A stretch of 59,547 bases of DNA, the filler included, from Sphacelaria rigidula (Eukaryota): assembly GCA_964200075.2 (NCBI GenBank). It is 6 parts of 6 records of this genome, joined end to end, with 100 filler letters (N's around TTAATTAATTAA, not from the genome) between each part and the next. Parts side by side here need not be neighbours in the genome. Positions count along the whole stretch, not along the records: positions 19,886 to 29,727 come from CAXNAA020007651.1; positions 29,828 to 39,668 come from CAXNAA020007652.1; 4 more parts are not named here. One strand, given 5' to 3'. A program made the position numbers and the translations under genes. The notes under the pieces are model-generated. The model saw only the letters and a program-made list of their open reading frames with translations, was not told where the DNA came from and did no database searches. The number at the start of each line of letters is the position of its first letter. The stretch's first letter is position 1. Shown here one piece after another: positions 24,999-37,672 of this stretch.

Positions 24999-25942
24999 CT
25001 TGTCGAAGAAGCCGCGCAGCGTCGGCGAGCTCAAAATCCCGGTAAAAAAACATGTCGTCCACAGCCAACAATACATGATTCCCCCTCTCCCGCAGACGCC
25101 CTGTCTCGCTCTCTCCTCGCGTCGCTTTTTCCGCCGTATTCCCTGCCCCTGTCACCGCCGCCGACCCAACCAACTCCAGCAGCTGATTACCGAACTCTCC
25201 CGGCCTCTCCTTCACGAAGTTCACGTCGGGATGTCGCCGAAAAACCACGTCGTAGGAATCCTGCTGCGTTGGTTGCAATTCAACTGATGTGGCTGTTGGT
25301 ACACCTACGGGACCGGTGTCGACGTTGTCGTCCGTCGCGTTCTTTATTATCTCGTCTTCGACAATGAGATACAACACAGAAATACGTAGTCCACGGCCGC
25401 CGCCGGAGCTGCTTCCGCCGCCAGCACCGCCGCCACCATCGGCACCGCCCGTCTCACGCGGCGAAACTGATTCTGGCGACGATCCGCCAACCTGCTCAGT
25501 CGGTCCGCTCACCCCGTCCTTCGAGCCATCACGTTGATCATGCTCATGCTCATGCTCACCATCATCATCATCAGCAGCAGAAGCAGCAGCAGCACTGCCG
25601 TGATGAACGGTAGCTGCTGCGACAACCCCACGGAGATGATTTTTTGCACTTGTCAGAAACTGATGCAACTGGAATGCTCTGTTCTTGGAAAAGCAGATCA
25701 AGTGCACGTCGGGAACGATTTTTTCATTATCGCGCATCGCTGAAGCCGCGACGGCGGCCGACGCATCATCGTCAGGTTCGTGTTGATCTGTGCTCTTCGC
25801 TGTCGAGGAATCGGTGGGGGTGTCTGCACGCGGCGGCATGGGCGCCCCGGGGGCAAGCGTCGCCAGAGCAGGAGCAGGTGACGGCATGAAGCCCGCGATC
25901 AGATCCAGCACCGATGATTCCATGCTCCGGCGCCAAAAACAT
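24999..25942 (-). CDS. pgtA: PgtA-like glycosyltransferase, exon 2 (N-terminal GT-A-type, putative GT74 fucosyltransferase domain)
   Basis: VHLICFSKNRAFQLHQFLTS...ISVLY...SYDVVFRRHPDVNFVKE...F...HVLLAVDDMFFYRDF...LLRQ G|GTACGC. Confidence 0.82.
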
Positions 25943-26014
25943 CTGGGATGATGACACGCGACAGGACTACGGCTTTCACCGCACACGTTGAATCATAATG
26001 ATACAGCAGCACAA

Positions 26015-26190
26015 CAGTGTTGAAAATCGGATATCGATACTCGATACTCGTTACTCGATACGATTTCCATGTATATAGATATATATATATGTATCGGTCG
26101 ATACGGCGTATCGGTATCGCCGCTTCCCAAGTCGATATTTGTGGATACGTATCAAAATCAATATCGATATCGGATATTGATATGGTCAAA
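26015..26190. mobile_element. MITE end with GATAC/GTATC subterminal repeats
   Basis: CAGTGTTGAAAATCG terminus followed by many CGATAC motifs. Confidence 0.6.
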
Positions 26191-26426
26191 ATATTTATTT
26201 ATTTTTTTACCGGGGGGGCGTACTCATTTGTTGCTTGCCTTAGTCATTTGACCATTGACCATCATTTGTTGCTTGCCTTAGTCGTTTGACCGTTGACCAC
26301 GCATCCCTTTTGAGACGGAGCATGGGGGGGAGCAGGGGGGGTAGAGAGTAGATCATCCCACCGTCCATCACTCCACTGCCCACCACACCCACCACCCACC
26401 ACACAGCCACTTGCTGCGAACCACAC

Positions 26427-26707
26427 CGGCCTGCAACATGAGCCACCTGAAGACTTTCGGCTGTGTGAAAGGCGGTAGCGCCGAGTCTGCGGTCGACATT
26501 TTTGGCGAACCGTCTGTATCTGTTTCTGCTACGGTCGACGTTTCTGCCGAACCGTTTGTATCTGTCTACTACGGCGGCTACTGCTGCACCAGCGGCCGCG
26601 CCAGTGCCCTCAACCAAGAGTGGAGAGAGCGGGCAAGCAGAGTTACCCGCGAAGGCAGCGGATCCTTGAGATGGCGCCAAATTTCGCGTGTGAGGGTAGA
26701 CGGTCAT
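26427..26707 (-). CDS. Putative first exon of the PgtA-like gene (alternative start: ATG at 25923 in exon 2)
   Basis: ATG at 26707, open frame to CG|GTGTGG. Phase 2 fits the 25942 acceptor. No conserved motif. Confidence 0.4.
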
Positions 26708-27319
26708 CTCTTTTCACATATCCAGTTTTTTCTGAAAGCGTTGGAATTCTAATGCTTTGGCGTCTAGGTGTCTGGAGAGTATACTTCGTTGTGTAGCCGA
26801 CAATGAAAAAATTGGAAGTATGCTGCCGACTTTTCCCTTGTTTCGTACGACTATGGAGAACAGAAAAAGCGAGCGCGCATTTGCATTATTTATCATTTAT
26901 TGCCCAGTTTCGAGGTTTGGCGTGTTTGTTATTGAAAAATGAGTGCGTTCGCAGTGCGCAGTGCGCAGAGCCGAGGTAAATGCTCACATTCGATCAAAAC
27001 ATGACGGAATAGTGGCCGCGGAATATACTCTGGTATATCACCGGCTTGAACAAAACATTATGTATCATGCATTGCACCTGGCGTTGTGATCAACCATCTC
27101 TTTTGCGACTTGCCTCTTGCACGATGAACCATTTTTGTCAAACCGAAGCATCACGTCGCGTGTTGTGCCGCCACTTCTGTGATGTCAGATAATAAATCAC
27201 AAACCACACACTGGTGCTGCTGTACCTTCATACAATCAGGCGTGCACTCACTCCGGGTTAGGTTGCTAGTGTCAGTGTAGTACCGTGAGGTCTTGCAAGC
27301 TGTGTCCTCACCAAAACAG

Positions 27320-27783
27320 CCGTATCGTATCGTATAGAGTATCAGTATCGCGTATCGAAATGTATCGGATAATGTTCGGCGTATCGAAAAAAACATGGGT
27401 ATCGACGTCTGAGACCACTTTGTGTAGTAACCAATCCGTATTTGTACAAATATGAGGACTTCAGCCCGTTTATATCCGATTTTTATCTGGGGCCCAAATC
27501 GGGGGTGATGCGGGAGTCTCCCGATCTGAACAGAAAGGTCATGAACCAAAAGTCAGCGCCCAGAGAATCGGAGAATTGATCTGGTTTCCTCAGAGCTAGG
27601 CGAAAACATTCCCCAACGGACTGGGGTCCGAAAGATCAATCCACGGGCGAAAATCGGATTTGAACGGGCCGAAATCCTCATTTTTGTACAAATACGCATT
27701 GGTTGCCATACAAAGTGGTCTGAGGTCGATAATTTGAAAATATCGTATCGAACTTTTTTTTTTCCGATCGATATTCAACACTA
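27320..27783. mobile_element. Related GTATC-repeat MITE, interrupted by a second MITE
   Basis: GTATCG repeats at 27320-27400 and terminus CGATATTCAACACTA at 27769-27783. Confidence 0.65.
27402..27729. mobile_element. Palindromic MITE nested in another MITE
   Basis: ~85-bp imperfect inverted arms (AGACCACTTTGT...ACCAATCCGTATTTGTACAAA / TTTGTACAAATACGCATTGGT...ACAAAGTGGTCT), with TA on both flanks. Confidence 0.85.
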
Positions 27784-27861
27784 AGCAGAATTGACCTACC
27801 ACCGCAGCAGGAAGCAGCAGAGGAGCGGAAGGGAAATGGGCATGTAGCCGCAGCAAGCTAG

Positions 27862-27975
27862 TAAGCAAACAGGCCAGCAAGCAAGCAAACAAACAAACAA
27901 GCGAACGAACGAACGAACGAATGAACAAGCAAGCAAGCAAGCAAGCAAGCAAGTAGGCTAGCTGGCTAGCAAGTG
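27862..27975. repeat. Compound tetranucleotide microsatellite (CAAG/CAAA/CGAA)
   Basis: Seen directly in the sequence. Confidence 0.9.
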
Positions 27976-29627
27976 AGTTACCAAGTTGGTTTGGGAGTCA
28001 AACGCTAGACACTATACACAAATGACGATATATAACACCCCCCGGGCGCGGTAAAACTTTTTGGAACATCGATTTCCTCGAAAAGCAACGACTTGCACCC
28101 TAAAAGCAACGACTTGCAACTTCCACCATGCGATCCCTGCAATGCTTTCACCGGAGTAAGTTTTTCCAATGGGAGAAAATAATCAATGCAGTGTGGCCAG
28201 CTTCAGGTTAGCGAGGAAGTTGTCACGCTAAATTTTGTCGGCGTGTGTCCTGGGGGGTGCTGTTCACCGCAACTCGTTTCGAAGTCCGGTGCCAACGTAC
28301 GAACTGATGACAACTATGACCGGCGGCTGGCACCTGGTCATCAAGCAAGGGGGCATCATATCCATTCAATGCATGAATAACCACAGACATCAACATACCA
28401 CTGGCGCAGCATCATCCTAGGTTGTAGCATTGTAGGTATACACGGCGTGTGGCACACGAAACACGCTCGAAACAGGCAGAGGGATTAGAGGTCACATGTC
28501 CACAGAGCGAAGCTCGGGGGTTGCAAAGCACTTACTACACAGCAAGACGGGGAAAAGTATGCGCAAGACAGGATCGACTGCACTGCATTACAGTTGAAAA
28601 AACTCCAGTACTTACAAGTCAGAGAGGTCGAGGATTGCAGGGCAGCACTACAGCACAGCACAGGTAGGTCACCTACACAGTGACTGTAGGCATGAAACGG
28701 CTGGCAACGTTGCAAGGAATGTGCGATTGTGGTGGCAAACAATATATGCCCTTCTTGCGGTGCAATTAATCCGATGAGCCAATCACGTGAGCAAACAACC
28801 ATTTCAAATCCTTACAGTACCGAAAGAGCGTATGACAATGTGACATCGTGCAACCGCATGACAATGTGACATTGTGCAACCGTAGCGCAAAGCGGTTCCG
28901 GCACCCCCCCTTCCACAACACTGTACGACTAGCATTGGAGCCCACAGTATACTGGCCGCCATCCACTCTGCAACACAGTTGGGAGCGAGGGTAGCGAGGT
29001 ATGACAAGTCCTTTGTAAAGCGGTTCTTGGGGAGCAGTTTTTTCGTTGTATTGTCACGATATCTTCACGCACGACCGTTGTTCCGGCTCCGGCCATGTCG
29101 TACTTACCCGTGACTTGTGGGACAGAGGCAATGGGTGTGCTGCTCTATACATCGACGCGAAACGCGTATCCACATATTAGGTGACAAAATTCCTCAGGTT
29201 TTGCGAGAGCACCGGCTTCTGAGTATCCCTCTTCCGTACTATCTTTACTGGCTGTACTGCACACCGTTTCCGTTGCGTATACGTCTCGAGAGAGCACAGG
29301 ACCGACAATTTTTTACCGCCCGCACCGCACTTACAACACAACACTTCGAGCACTTGACAGGGATATTCAACATTTGGCCGCAGAGCAGATACAGGGTGCG
29401 TGCAGTGGGCATACACACCGTGTGCGACACGCTGAGTCTTTCCTGTCTCTGCTGCTCTTCAAACAAGAGGCACGCAGTCCATCGTGCGCTTTGCTCGATT
29501 GCTCCGTGTCATGTTTGGGTCACTCGACTGTGTGAACGCGTGATCCGTGCACAGGCAAATGCATTTTGTTCCGGTTTGTACAGCTGTCGTCTGGTTGTAC
29601 CTTTCGCGGAATTGGACGTGAACAGCG

Positions 29628-29662
<35 letters not shown>

Positions 29663-30983
29663 ACCCCCCGCCCACTCCGCCCCCACGCCCTCCCGCGGTG
29701 GGGCGCCACCCCACAACAACACACCCCNNNNNNNNNNNNNNNNNNNNNNNNNNNNNNNNNNNNNNNNNNNNTTAATTAATTAANNNNNNNNNNNNNNNNN
29801 NNNNNNNNNNNNNNNNNNNNNNNNNNNATAATAATAATAATAATAATAATAACCGTAGCATCACTCCAGAACCAGAAATAATGAAAAAAAAAAATGTGTT
29901 GTACGCATAGTTTCGGTTTAGAAGTCACACAATTTCGGGTCAGAATTGACATAATTTCGGCAACTTTGAAGCCGGTTATAGCTAAATTCGACTGACTCTT
30001 GCCATTTTCGTGCGGGACACAAGTGATCACGTGACAAAAACCGTTTAGGACGAGACATAGGTAGCCTCTGTAAAAAAGGAAAGCAAAAACGAGGAGGCAG
30101 GCTATGGCTTTTTTTTGCTATATTTTACGTATTTTTCAAAGCTTGAGCCCCTGAAAAACGAGCTTATATACGGCCATTTTCGGAGCGACTGCTTTTTCCG
30201 ACCGATCGCCCCCATGGGGAAGAGGCCAGCCAATTAAACAAACAGAAAAAACAGAAAAAACAAAGAAAACTTTTAAGATTGCCAAAACAAACGGCAACAT
30301 AATCAATCGGACATGGTCAACGGACCCGTAAGAACTACCCAAGGTGATTTACGGAACAGAGGATGTATCTATATAATCATACGCATGATACATCCTATGT
30401 GATGCTAGAAAACGACACTTCCGGATGTCATCCGGACAGATAAAAGGGCTCAAGCAGGGACGCTGGTGGGTTTGATCGTCCTAAGGAACTCGCCCAGCCT
30501 ACCAACCACGGACACCCACAGGTTGCATTAGGATGGCACAATGACGCTGCTCCTACGGTCACTAATAAGTGGAACCGGCGTTCACTCGAATTATGACCAC
30601 CGAAAAATCCATATTTTTTCAATCCGCGTCCTTCAAACTAGTTGCTTGCGCTCGATCCCTGTTGCTCATGCTGTCATTTTGAAGTTACCGCTCGTTGCTT
30701 AGGTCTGCCAATGATTGGGGAGAAATCAGACGGTTTGAACCTAGTATCCATCATTTTTTGGGGTTTCTCAGTTGCTCTTGCTTTTGTTTCTTATCCTTCG
30801 GTCAATGCCGATTTCACTCTTAGTCATATTTCACTTGAGTTTGACAAAAAACATTCATCATCTTCGCACAAGGAGTATCTCATGTTCCGCCGTTGAACCG
30901 CGACGAAGTGAGCAGCAACGGATATTCTACCGAAATCGACGCGGTGCAGGAATAGTGCTGATCCAATTTGCGAAACCAAAATC

Positions 30984-31037
30984 TCAGGCATGTACCGGGG
31001 AAGGGATGAATTCATCCCTCGAGACCATAGAATCGTC
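30984..31037 (-). CDS. Putative terminal exon of an unknown gene (DDSMVSRDEFIPSPVHA*)
   Basis: Pyrimidine-rich acceptor ending CCAAG, phase 0, compatible with the donor at 31624. Ends in TGA. Confidence 0.45.
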   Translation of the reverse strand, partial: DDSMVSRDEFIPSPVHA

Positions 31038-31097
31038 CTTGGAAATTGGGAAGGGGCCAAGAGTGTGACAGAAACAACACACAAATATCATCATCAC

Positions 31098-31312
31098 TGG
31101 TTCTACTTAGTCGTGACTCCTGGTTCTACTTAACGATGATTATGCTTGTAGTGATAATGGATTCTACTCCTTGTTAGTGCAACGAGTTCTACTTAATGAC
31201 GATCAAGGGTTCTGCTTATTATAGCAATGGCAGTGGGCTGGCTCTACCTGGTCACTCGTCATACGTAGTGATGATTCTAGGCAGTAGTGATCATTGGTTT
31301 TATCTAGTAGTG
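31098..31312. repeat. Degenerate ~22-24-bp minisatellite (GGTTCTACTTA...GATGAT)
   Basis: Recurrent GGTTCTACT / GATTCTACT / GGCTCTACC motif. Confidence 0.7.
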
Positions 31313-31624
31313 GCCATAAATCACCCCAACAAAACGAAAAAAAAATGGTAGAGGAAATATCACGGAGCTGAAGATTTTGGATTTTCTTTTTTATGCGCTA
31401 CCGATTCTCCATTAACAAATTTCAAAGCATATCTCTCAAAAACTGAGACGAGAATCCCGACCCAGTGCATCAAGTGCCTCACCATGACGTGACACTGACC
31501 GCTCGACTTCAGCCGGCACCGTCAGCACGGTGAAGGCTGATAGAGCATGATACATGTCAAGCGTGGCAACGGGTGCGGGTATGCACCGTGGGGCATGCGG
31601 GTACCTGGTGATGACGATACTCAC

Positions 31625-31768
31625 GGATTCGTCTTCCTTGGGCACCGGCTTGAGGACCGTGGACACCTCGTCCTCCTCGCTTTCCTGCATCACCTTGACC
31701 GCGTCCTTGACTCTGGAAGCGTTGAACTGCTGCGTGAAGAACATGAAGCTCATGTACAACACTCCGAT
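31625..31768 (-). CDS. Exon of an unknown (possibly membrane) protein
   Basis: Polypyrimidine tract + CAG|IGVLYMSFMFFTQQFNASRVKDAVKVMQESEEDEVSTVLKPVPKEDES|GTGAGT. Strong GC3 codon bias. Confidence 0.65.
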
Positions 31769-32824
31769 CTGTCCGCAAGAAAGCAAAAACAAAAAAACAA
31801 ATCAACGATTCTCGTATCATTCCACGACATCTTCTTGAGCTTCATTTTTCATTCTTTCAACTCGAGTTAATCGCGTTGAGTGACCGGTGGAGGAGGATGA
31901 GGAATAAAAAATGAATGTCATTTGCTTTTTTTGTTTTGTTCCATCTGATGCTCTGATCTCGAACTTAATCAAACTTTTTCTGCTACGAGCGGTCCCCCGT
32001 ACTAGCTGCTCAACCTCCAACGATTGAAAATAGATACGCCATTCAACTGGGCTCTTCAGTTAAGGTCTTTTCATCATTCTACTAGATATTGCTTTGATAA
32101 TTTCACACATCGGACCACTACCTAATATGATTCCCTATTGTGATGGTGTACAGATCCGGATCACGAGCTTGCTCATTTAGCCCCTGTTCCCACATTTGCT
32201 CCTTACACCGCTGGACACCGGGCATGCAGAGGAGCGGAAAGCTTTCGCCTTGACTTCTCTCACCCTGGAGTCATGTATTTTGTATCTTTGGACAAGCGTC
32301 TGAGAGTCCTCTCTGATGAGTTGACGTAGCTCGTGACTTGTACATGTAAAAGATTTGGGAACAGAATCGGAATATCGCGCCAAAACGAGGTGAGAAAAAA
32401 AACTTCATATCGGAACATTTTCCGTTTTCATGTCATAATCCAAGTGCGAATTTCCTTCGTGCTGTGAGGGCTGGTTGAGGACAGGAAAAAATCATGACGT
32501 ATACTCGCAATCATTTACTACAGGGCGTAGTGCTGAGAAATTCGGCGAGTTAATTCACCACTCTCAGCTAGACTATCCATGAAAACACTTTGAACACGCA
32601 CGCTTAACGGCTTGCGTTGATGTAAAAAAAAAAAAAGTTGAATTACCGACTCTGATATATTTGGTTCTCTTCAGCAAAAGTCTTTGCGTCACTCTTGCGA
32701 ATATTCGCGTAAGTATTTGGTACAAAACTGGAACGCTAACCCCGGGGAACAAAGAGAAACAAGCAAAACAAATTGTCGGAATAAATTTGTGTGTATATTG
32801 ATGTACACATATTAACCCTTTTTA

Positions 32825-32926
32825 AACCCATTGACGACTTTTGTTTTTTGTGAATCGGCATCATTTTCAGTCATTTTCAAGTTAAAATGATGCCGATTCA
32901 CAAGAACACAAAATCGTCGATGGGTT
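32825..32926. repeat. ~100-bp hairpin
   Basis: Perfect 20-bp stem TTGTGAATCGGCATCATTTT / AAAATGATGCCGATTCACAA, extended by imperfect pairing to ~43 bp. Confidence 0.9.
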
Positions 32927-35056
32927 CCCAGAGGGATAATCATATTCCAAAACCCCGATGGCAGATTTTCTCCAGCTGTGGAACGGGAACACCGCAATGT
33001 TTCATCTCTCGATTCTCCGAAGCACGATCCCCTCTGTCCATGTTTGGTGGCTGCATGATCTTCACAACACTGGAATACGGCCCATTCTCTCCCATAGAAG
33101 AGAAGCGACCGCATTTTGTCTCTCAACCGCATGCTCCTGGTCCTTCAGCATAGAGCAGGACATCGCAGCCCACTTAGAGCCTACCGCACTCTGTTCACCT
33201 CAATCTCGGTATCAAGTACATGTATCCAAAGCTTAGGGCCCTCTTCATAGGTACGGGAAAGGCCGTGGTAAAGACGTATGTGTCTCCCAATGAAACCAGG
33301 GAGTAGCGGCCGGGTGTTGAGATAGCAACTGCTGCCTGACTCGAAAATTACCCAATTGTACCGGCTCACCCCAATCTTGACTGTATCTCATATCCAAACG
33401 TACAAGAATTGGGTAAAGGCTTGAGAATCCAGCCCAAATCTTGAGGGCGAAATAGCTTCGTCTTTTGGGCGAAACACACGCCTCAGCTTCCAGAACGATA
33501 ATCCCTTTGAACAGAGCAAAAGCTACTACTGTGTGCACAAGGCTAGTGATTACGCACAATACGGGAAAGCCGGTATATACAGTGCAACAAGCGGCGGGCG
33601 AAAATATATTTCGTTACAGCTTCAGAAGATTGAACACGTACCGACAAAAATAAGTGAAGAAAAAAAAACTGATGAAAAAATTCAAGAAAGTGATAATGCA
33701 ATTCCGAACGATTTTCCATGCCTTTTTGTCCCCTGGGCATATATATGTTGACATCCCCCTCCCCTCCGCTCACCCCCAATAAATTTGTGTCAACGATCAA
33801 TTAATCAATCAATCAATCATTCTAATCATCCATCCAACCAAGCAACCAATCAAAGACCCATAAACACCATGCTGTTCACATGCGCAACTCCTGCGGAACA
33901 TACTTGAGTCTCGCTCCGTATGCATCGTACACGAGACCATACGGTACATACATCGTAGTAAGTGTTGGGGAATGCTCATGCCTTTTTTTCCTAGTAACCT
34001 ATTTGACATCCACTCGAGTCACCGCCAGCAGATTCACACGGCGCACGACTGTGAACACGCGATAACCCAAGACACAACTGGAGCGTTGCCGCAACGCCAA
34101 AACTTATGGGAAAGTCTCTTCGCGACTGTGTCTGGGAGTGATGCTACGGTGCGGGTGCACAAATATTTTCTGGGTTTATAATTGTTAGGAGCTCTGTATC
34201 TCATCCAAAACACGACTTATGAAATATGTGAGAGTACGCAAGGATTACTATTCCAATGTACTAGGAATATCCCGAATACATTTGCAAACGGGGATGCCCT
34301 GACCCATATTTTCATGCATCTAGAATCGTTAGGAGCCTCTGAACCAGACAACATTCTGCGCAAAAAGTGCACCCCTACCGTAGCGAAGCTCCTGGGTAAA
34401 AACGGGCGATCCTCACATGCACGTACGTGTGTGGGTTGACCTGCAAAAATAAAAGCCGCCACGTTTTGGTCAGCCCCCGTGGTTCGCGTTGTTTTTCCCG
34501 TCAGTTCGTTTCGCAGACGCGTGAGGCTGAAAATATTTTGCGACCCACGCCTGGCAAAGAATGAACACAACATCTGAACCCTTGACCGCATGTGATACTG
34601 AACCGACTGTAGTCAATCTGAGTCCATGTCTGCTTGTCATTGCGAACGTCTGTGACTCGTTGTTATGCCCTCGCCTTATCCAAACACAAGAAAGAGTACG
34701 AATTGAGATGATGAGAATAAGAACGAGATCACAGACATGCTATTATTATCGAACAATTTTTCGAGTTTGGACAGCGAAAAAAAAACATAATTTTTCAACA
34801 ACTTTTCCTTGAGAACGGAGAAACAACCCGATGAGAGAGCGAAGGTGAACGAAAAATGCTCATCACGCGTGAGATGTCCGTTATTATCATGATTCATGAA
34901 GTCTCATTCTCAGCTTTTTCGACTCCAGAAGATGGGGCCCATTGATTCAAATCAGTCTGTGCGCGGCCAAAGGATTAGAGAAAATACGCACCGGGCTGCA
35001 CGCGTTTTTCGGATCGCCAAGGCGCATGTCGGTGACTACGGCGCCAAAGGCATACG

Positions 35057-35058
<2 letters not shown>

Positions 35059-35103
<45 letters not shown>
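35059..35103. repeat. (TG)n microsatellite
   Basis: Seen directly in the sequence. Confidence 0.95.
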
Positions 35104-35104
<1 letters not shown>

Positions 35105-37672
35105 CCATCTCTGCTATTGACGCATGACTTGGAGGCGTCGCGACACACATGTACCGGTAGACTGCATCGCTACAGTTTCGCAAAAACAGTTTACGTGATT
35201 TTTGGATAACATCGCCCCTACTGCAAGACAAGACCTAGGTGCATCAGTAGTGGAAAAGAAGCACGGTCCAGATCATCGTCTCGCACTTCCGGTGCACACC
35301 TCTGTGAATACTGACGATGCAAACGAAATCTGGGACGATGATATACAGATCAGAATCGTACCTGCACGTTTTTTCTTCCTAATAATTTTCGTGGCCTTGC
35401 AAGGCCAAACACGCGCGAATGAAATGTTTTACCTAGCATGCCGCTACGCCCCGGTGATCCAAGGGGGCATCTGCGTCTACTAGGGCGAGAACATCTTGAG
35501 GTTCCTGTCAGATGCGTCTAGTTTGGCGTTTTTCCTCGTTTTTTTCTTCCGTGGTTGGAAGCGTGAGAAGGTGAGCAGCAAAAGGGAGTCGACGCAGTGC
35601 GGGAGTGGTGATGGTCATGATCCAATCCGCAACACCAAAATGTGAGGCGTGTGCCGGGGGACGAATGGGTTTATTTCTTGAGGCCACGAACTCATCCCGA
35701 GGAAGAGGACGAGTTAGATATGGGGGGACACCTGCGGCGTCTGGTGAAGGTTTCACCAGGGATCACCTCGCACACGTGTGCGTCATCGTCGAAGTTTCTT
35801 GGATTTTTTTTCCGTCTTGATTTTTTTCAAAATAGAATCGGCAGCAATCATACAATGAAAAAAAAGAGCAGAACCAGTAGAGGACGAGTGTACACCAGCT
35901 ACAGTACAGGACAACGTTCAACATACGAAGTGAAGAGCGGTACAACGCTGCGTCTCCCGAACATCACGTGCAATCATATCTCGGCCCAGCAGTAGATTAT
36001 TTTGGCTGTACCTTGGCTGTCCATGAATGTCCGTAAGACTGTACATCTTCCTCTCTGTGTCGTGAGCGCTCCTGCCGGCAAAAAGTGATTCACTACACTG
36101 CTCCCTTTGCAAACTATGGCATGGTTGCCCACTGTCGCGGTTGCATACAGGATACCGTGCAGCCGGTGCAAAGAGGTATAGTCAGGGGGCGCTATGGACT
36201 TAGCCCGCTGCTCCTGCCCCATTTTTTAATGTAATAGTTTGGGTGCGGGCAAAAGACCTTTGGTGCGGGGTGACAAAAGGGGTTTATCTCCAACCAGGTT
36301 TCCAAAATCCATGACTGGACATACTTCCTCTGTCTCATAAGTCTATGCAGCTATGTTTGTACGAGCCCTTAACGATGTCCGATTTGATTTCGATTTTTTG
36401 GTTGGATTCGTCGGCGTTTTTTTAGCTAAAAACAACATTCTTTCTACAACGTGGGTGCTTGACCCGTGCAGCCTCGCGGGCGAGAAGAAGTAGGTCGAAT
36501 AAAATATGGCCACTTTTCGCTCTTTTTCCCAGTAAGGCACAGGAGACCCGGGAATCGCGAAAAAACGTGAAAAAAATATTCAAACTGCGAAACCACCACT
36601 GATTCGGATATCTCCGTGACGTTAACCTACGCAAGCCCCATCTGATTTTTTTTTAGCATGTAATCGCTAGTGCTCGACGTAAAACCGTCCAAAATCTGTC
36701 AACATTGGGGTATAAGTGGACCAAAAAGGACCAAAATGGTGTATATTTTGACATAATTTTCGTCCTTGATTCTCTCACATTAGCTGATTGCAACAATCCA
36801 GCCGGTGGTCAGGCGCAGCAAAAATATAACAGAATATTAGAAATACATATATACAAAAAAGAAAGAAAGGAACAGAAAAACGACGTATTGAAACAAGTCT
36901 TCTTTTTTTTATTTTCTGAAGTTAGCTTCGTCTGCGCATTATCTTCTTTACGAACTCAACTGTAGAATGATCGTCAGCGTTGACATACCTGAACGATTAA
37001 ACGCCCATAACTGCACAGACTTGTAAGACAGAAGAAGTATGAAAACATTTGATTAATCTCATTGGTTGTCCTACAGTACATTGACCGATCTCCCAGGGGT
37101 CACGTCCAGTCATGGTCACATGAAAAACACACCCGGAAAAAAATAACCGGAAGCATTCGCTGAAGCAAAACGAAAGCAGAAAGGTAGGACAAACAGTGGA
37201 CACCCAAGAAAAAAGAAAATTTGGAAATGGCCGGTCTTTGCAAAATGGCTTCGGGAGAAAAGGTCCTGCGCAAAACGCATACTCATACCTATTCGAAAAA
37301 ACAAACGGCCGTGGGATCGGATCGTGGCTCATCTATTGCGATCGCAGTATGTTGGATATAGAGCTCTTATCCACGAGCCCTAGGGAAGCGACGCACCAAA
37401 CTGCTACTTGCATGCACTGGGAGGAAAGAACACAAAGAGAGAGGGAGAGGAGGGGAGAATAGCGAACAGAAAAAAGGAGCCTACAAAAGTGGTGAAACCC
37501 GCACAGTAGAGTAGGTACAAACACGCACCAGGGGCGCAGGGCTAGACCAACCATCAAGGATGAAATCAACAACCGACAGGAAAATAGTAAAAGGGTACAT
37601 CAGTTTCCGTCCTAGTCCTGCTTCTGGCGTTCACCCCTAGTCGGGTAAAAAGCGGGCCATCTTCTCGATCAT

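Noticed and set aside
28081-28885. Short tandem duplications (21 bp at 28081, ~27 bp at 28833)
   Set aside because: Ordinary slippage duplications with no further structure.
33370-33504. OSCA/TMEM63-like 'FGLDSQAFTQFL' motif
   Set aside because: Only a short resemblance in one of two open frames. The following TM segments expected for OSCA were not found.
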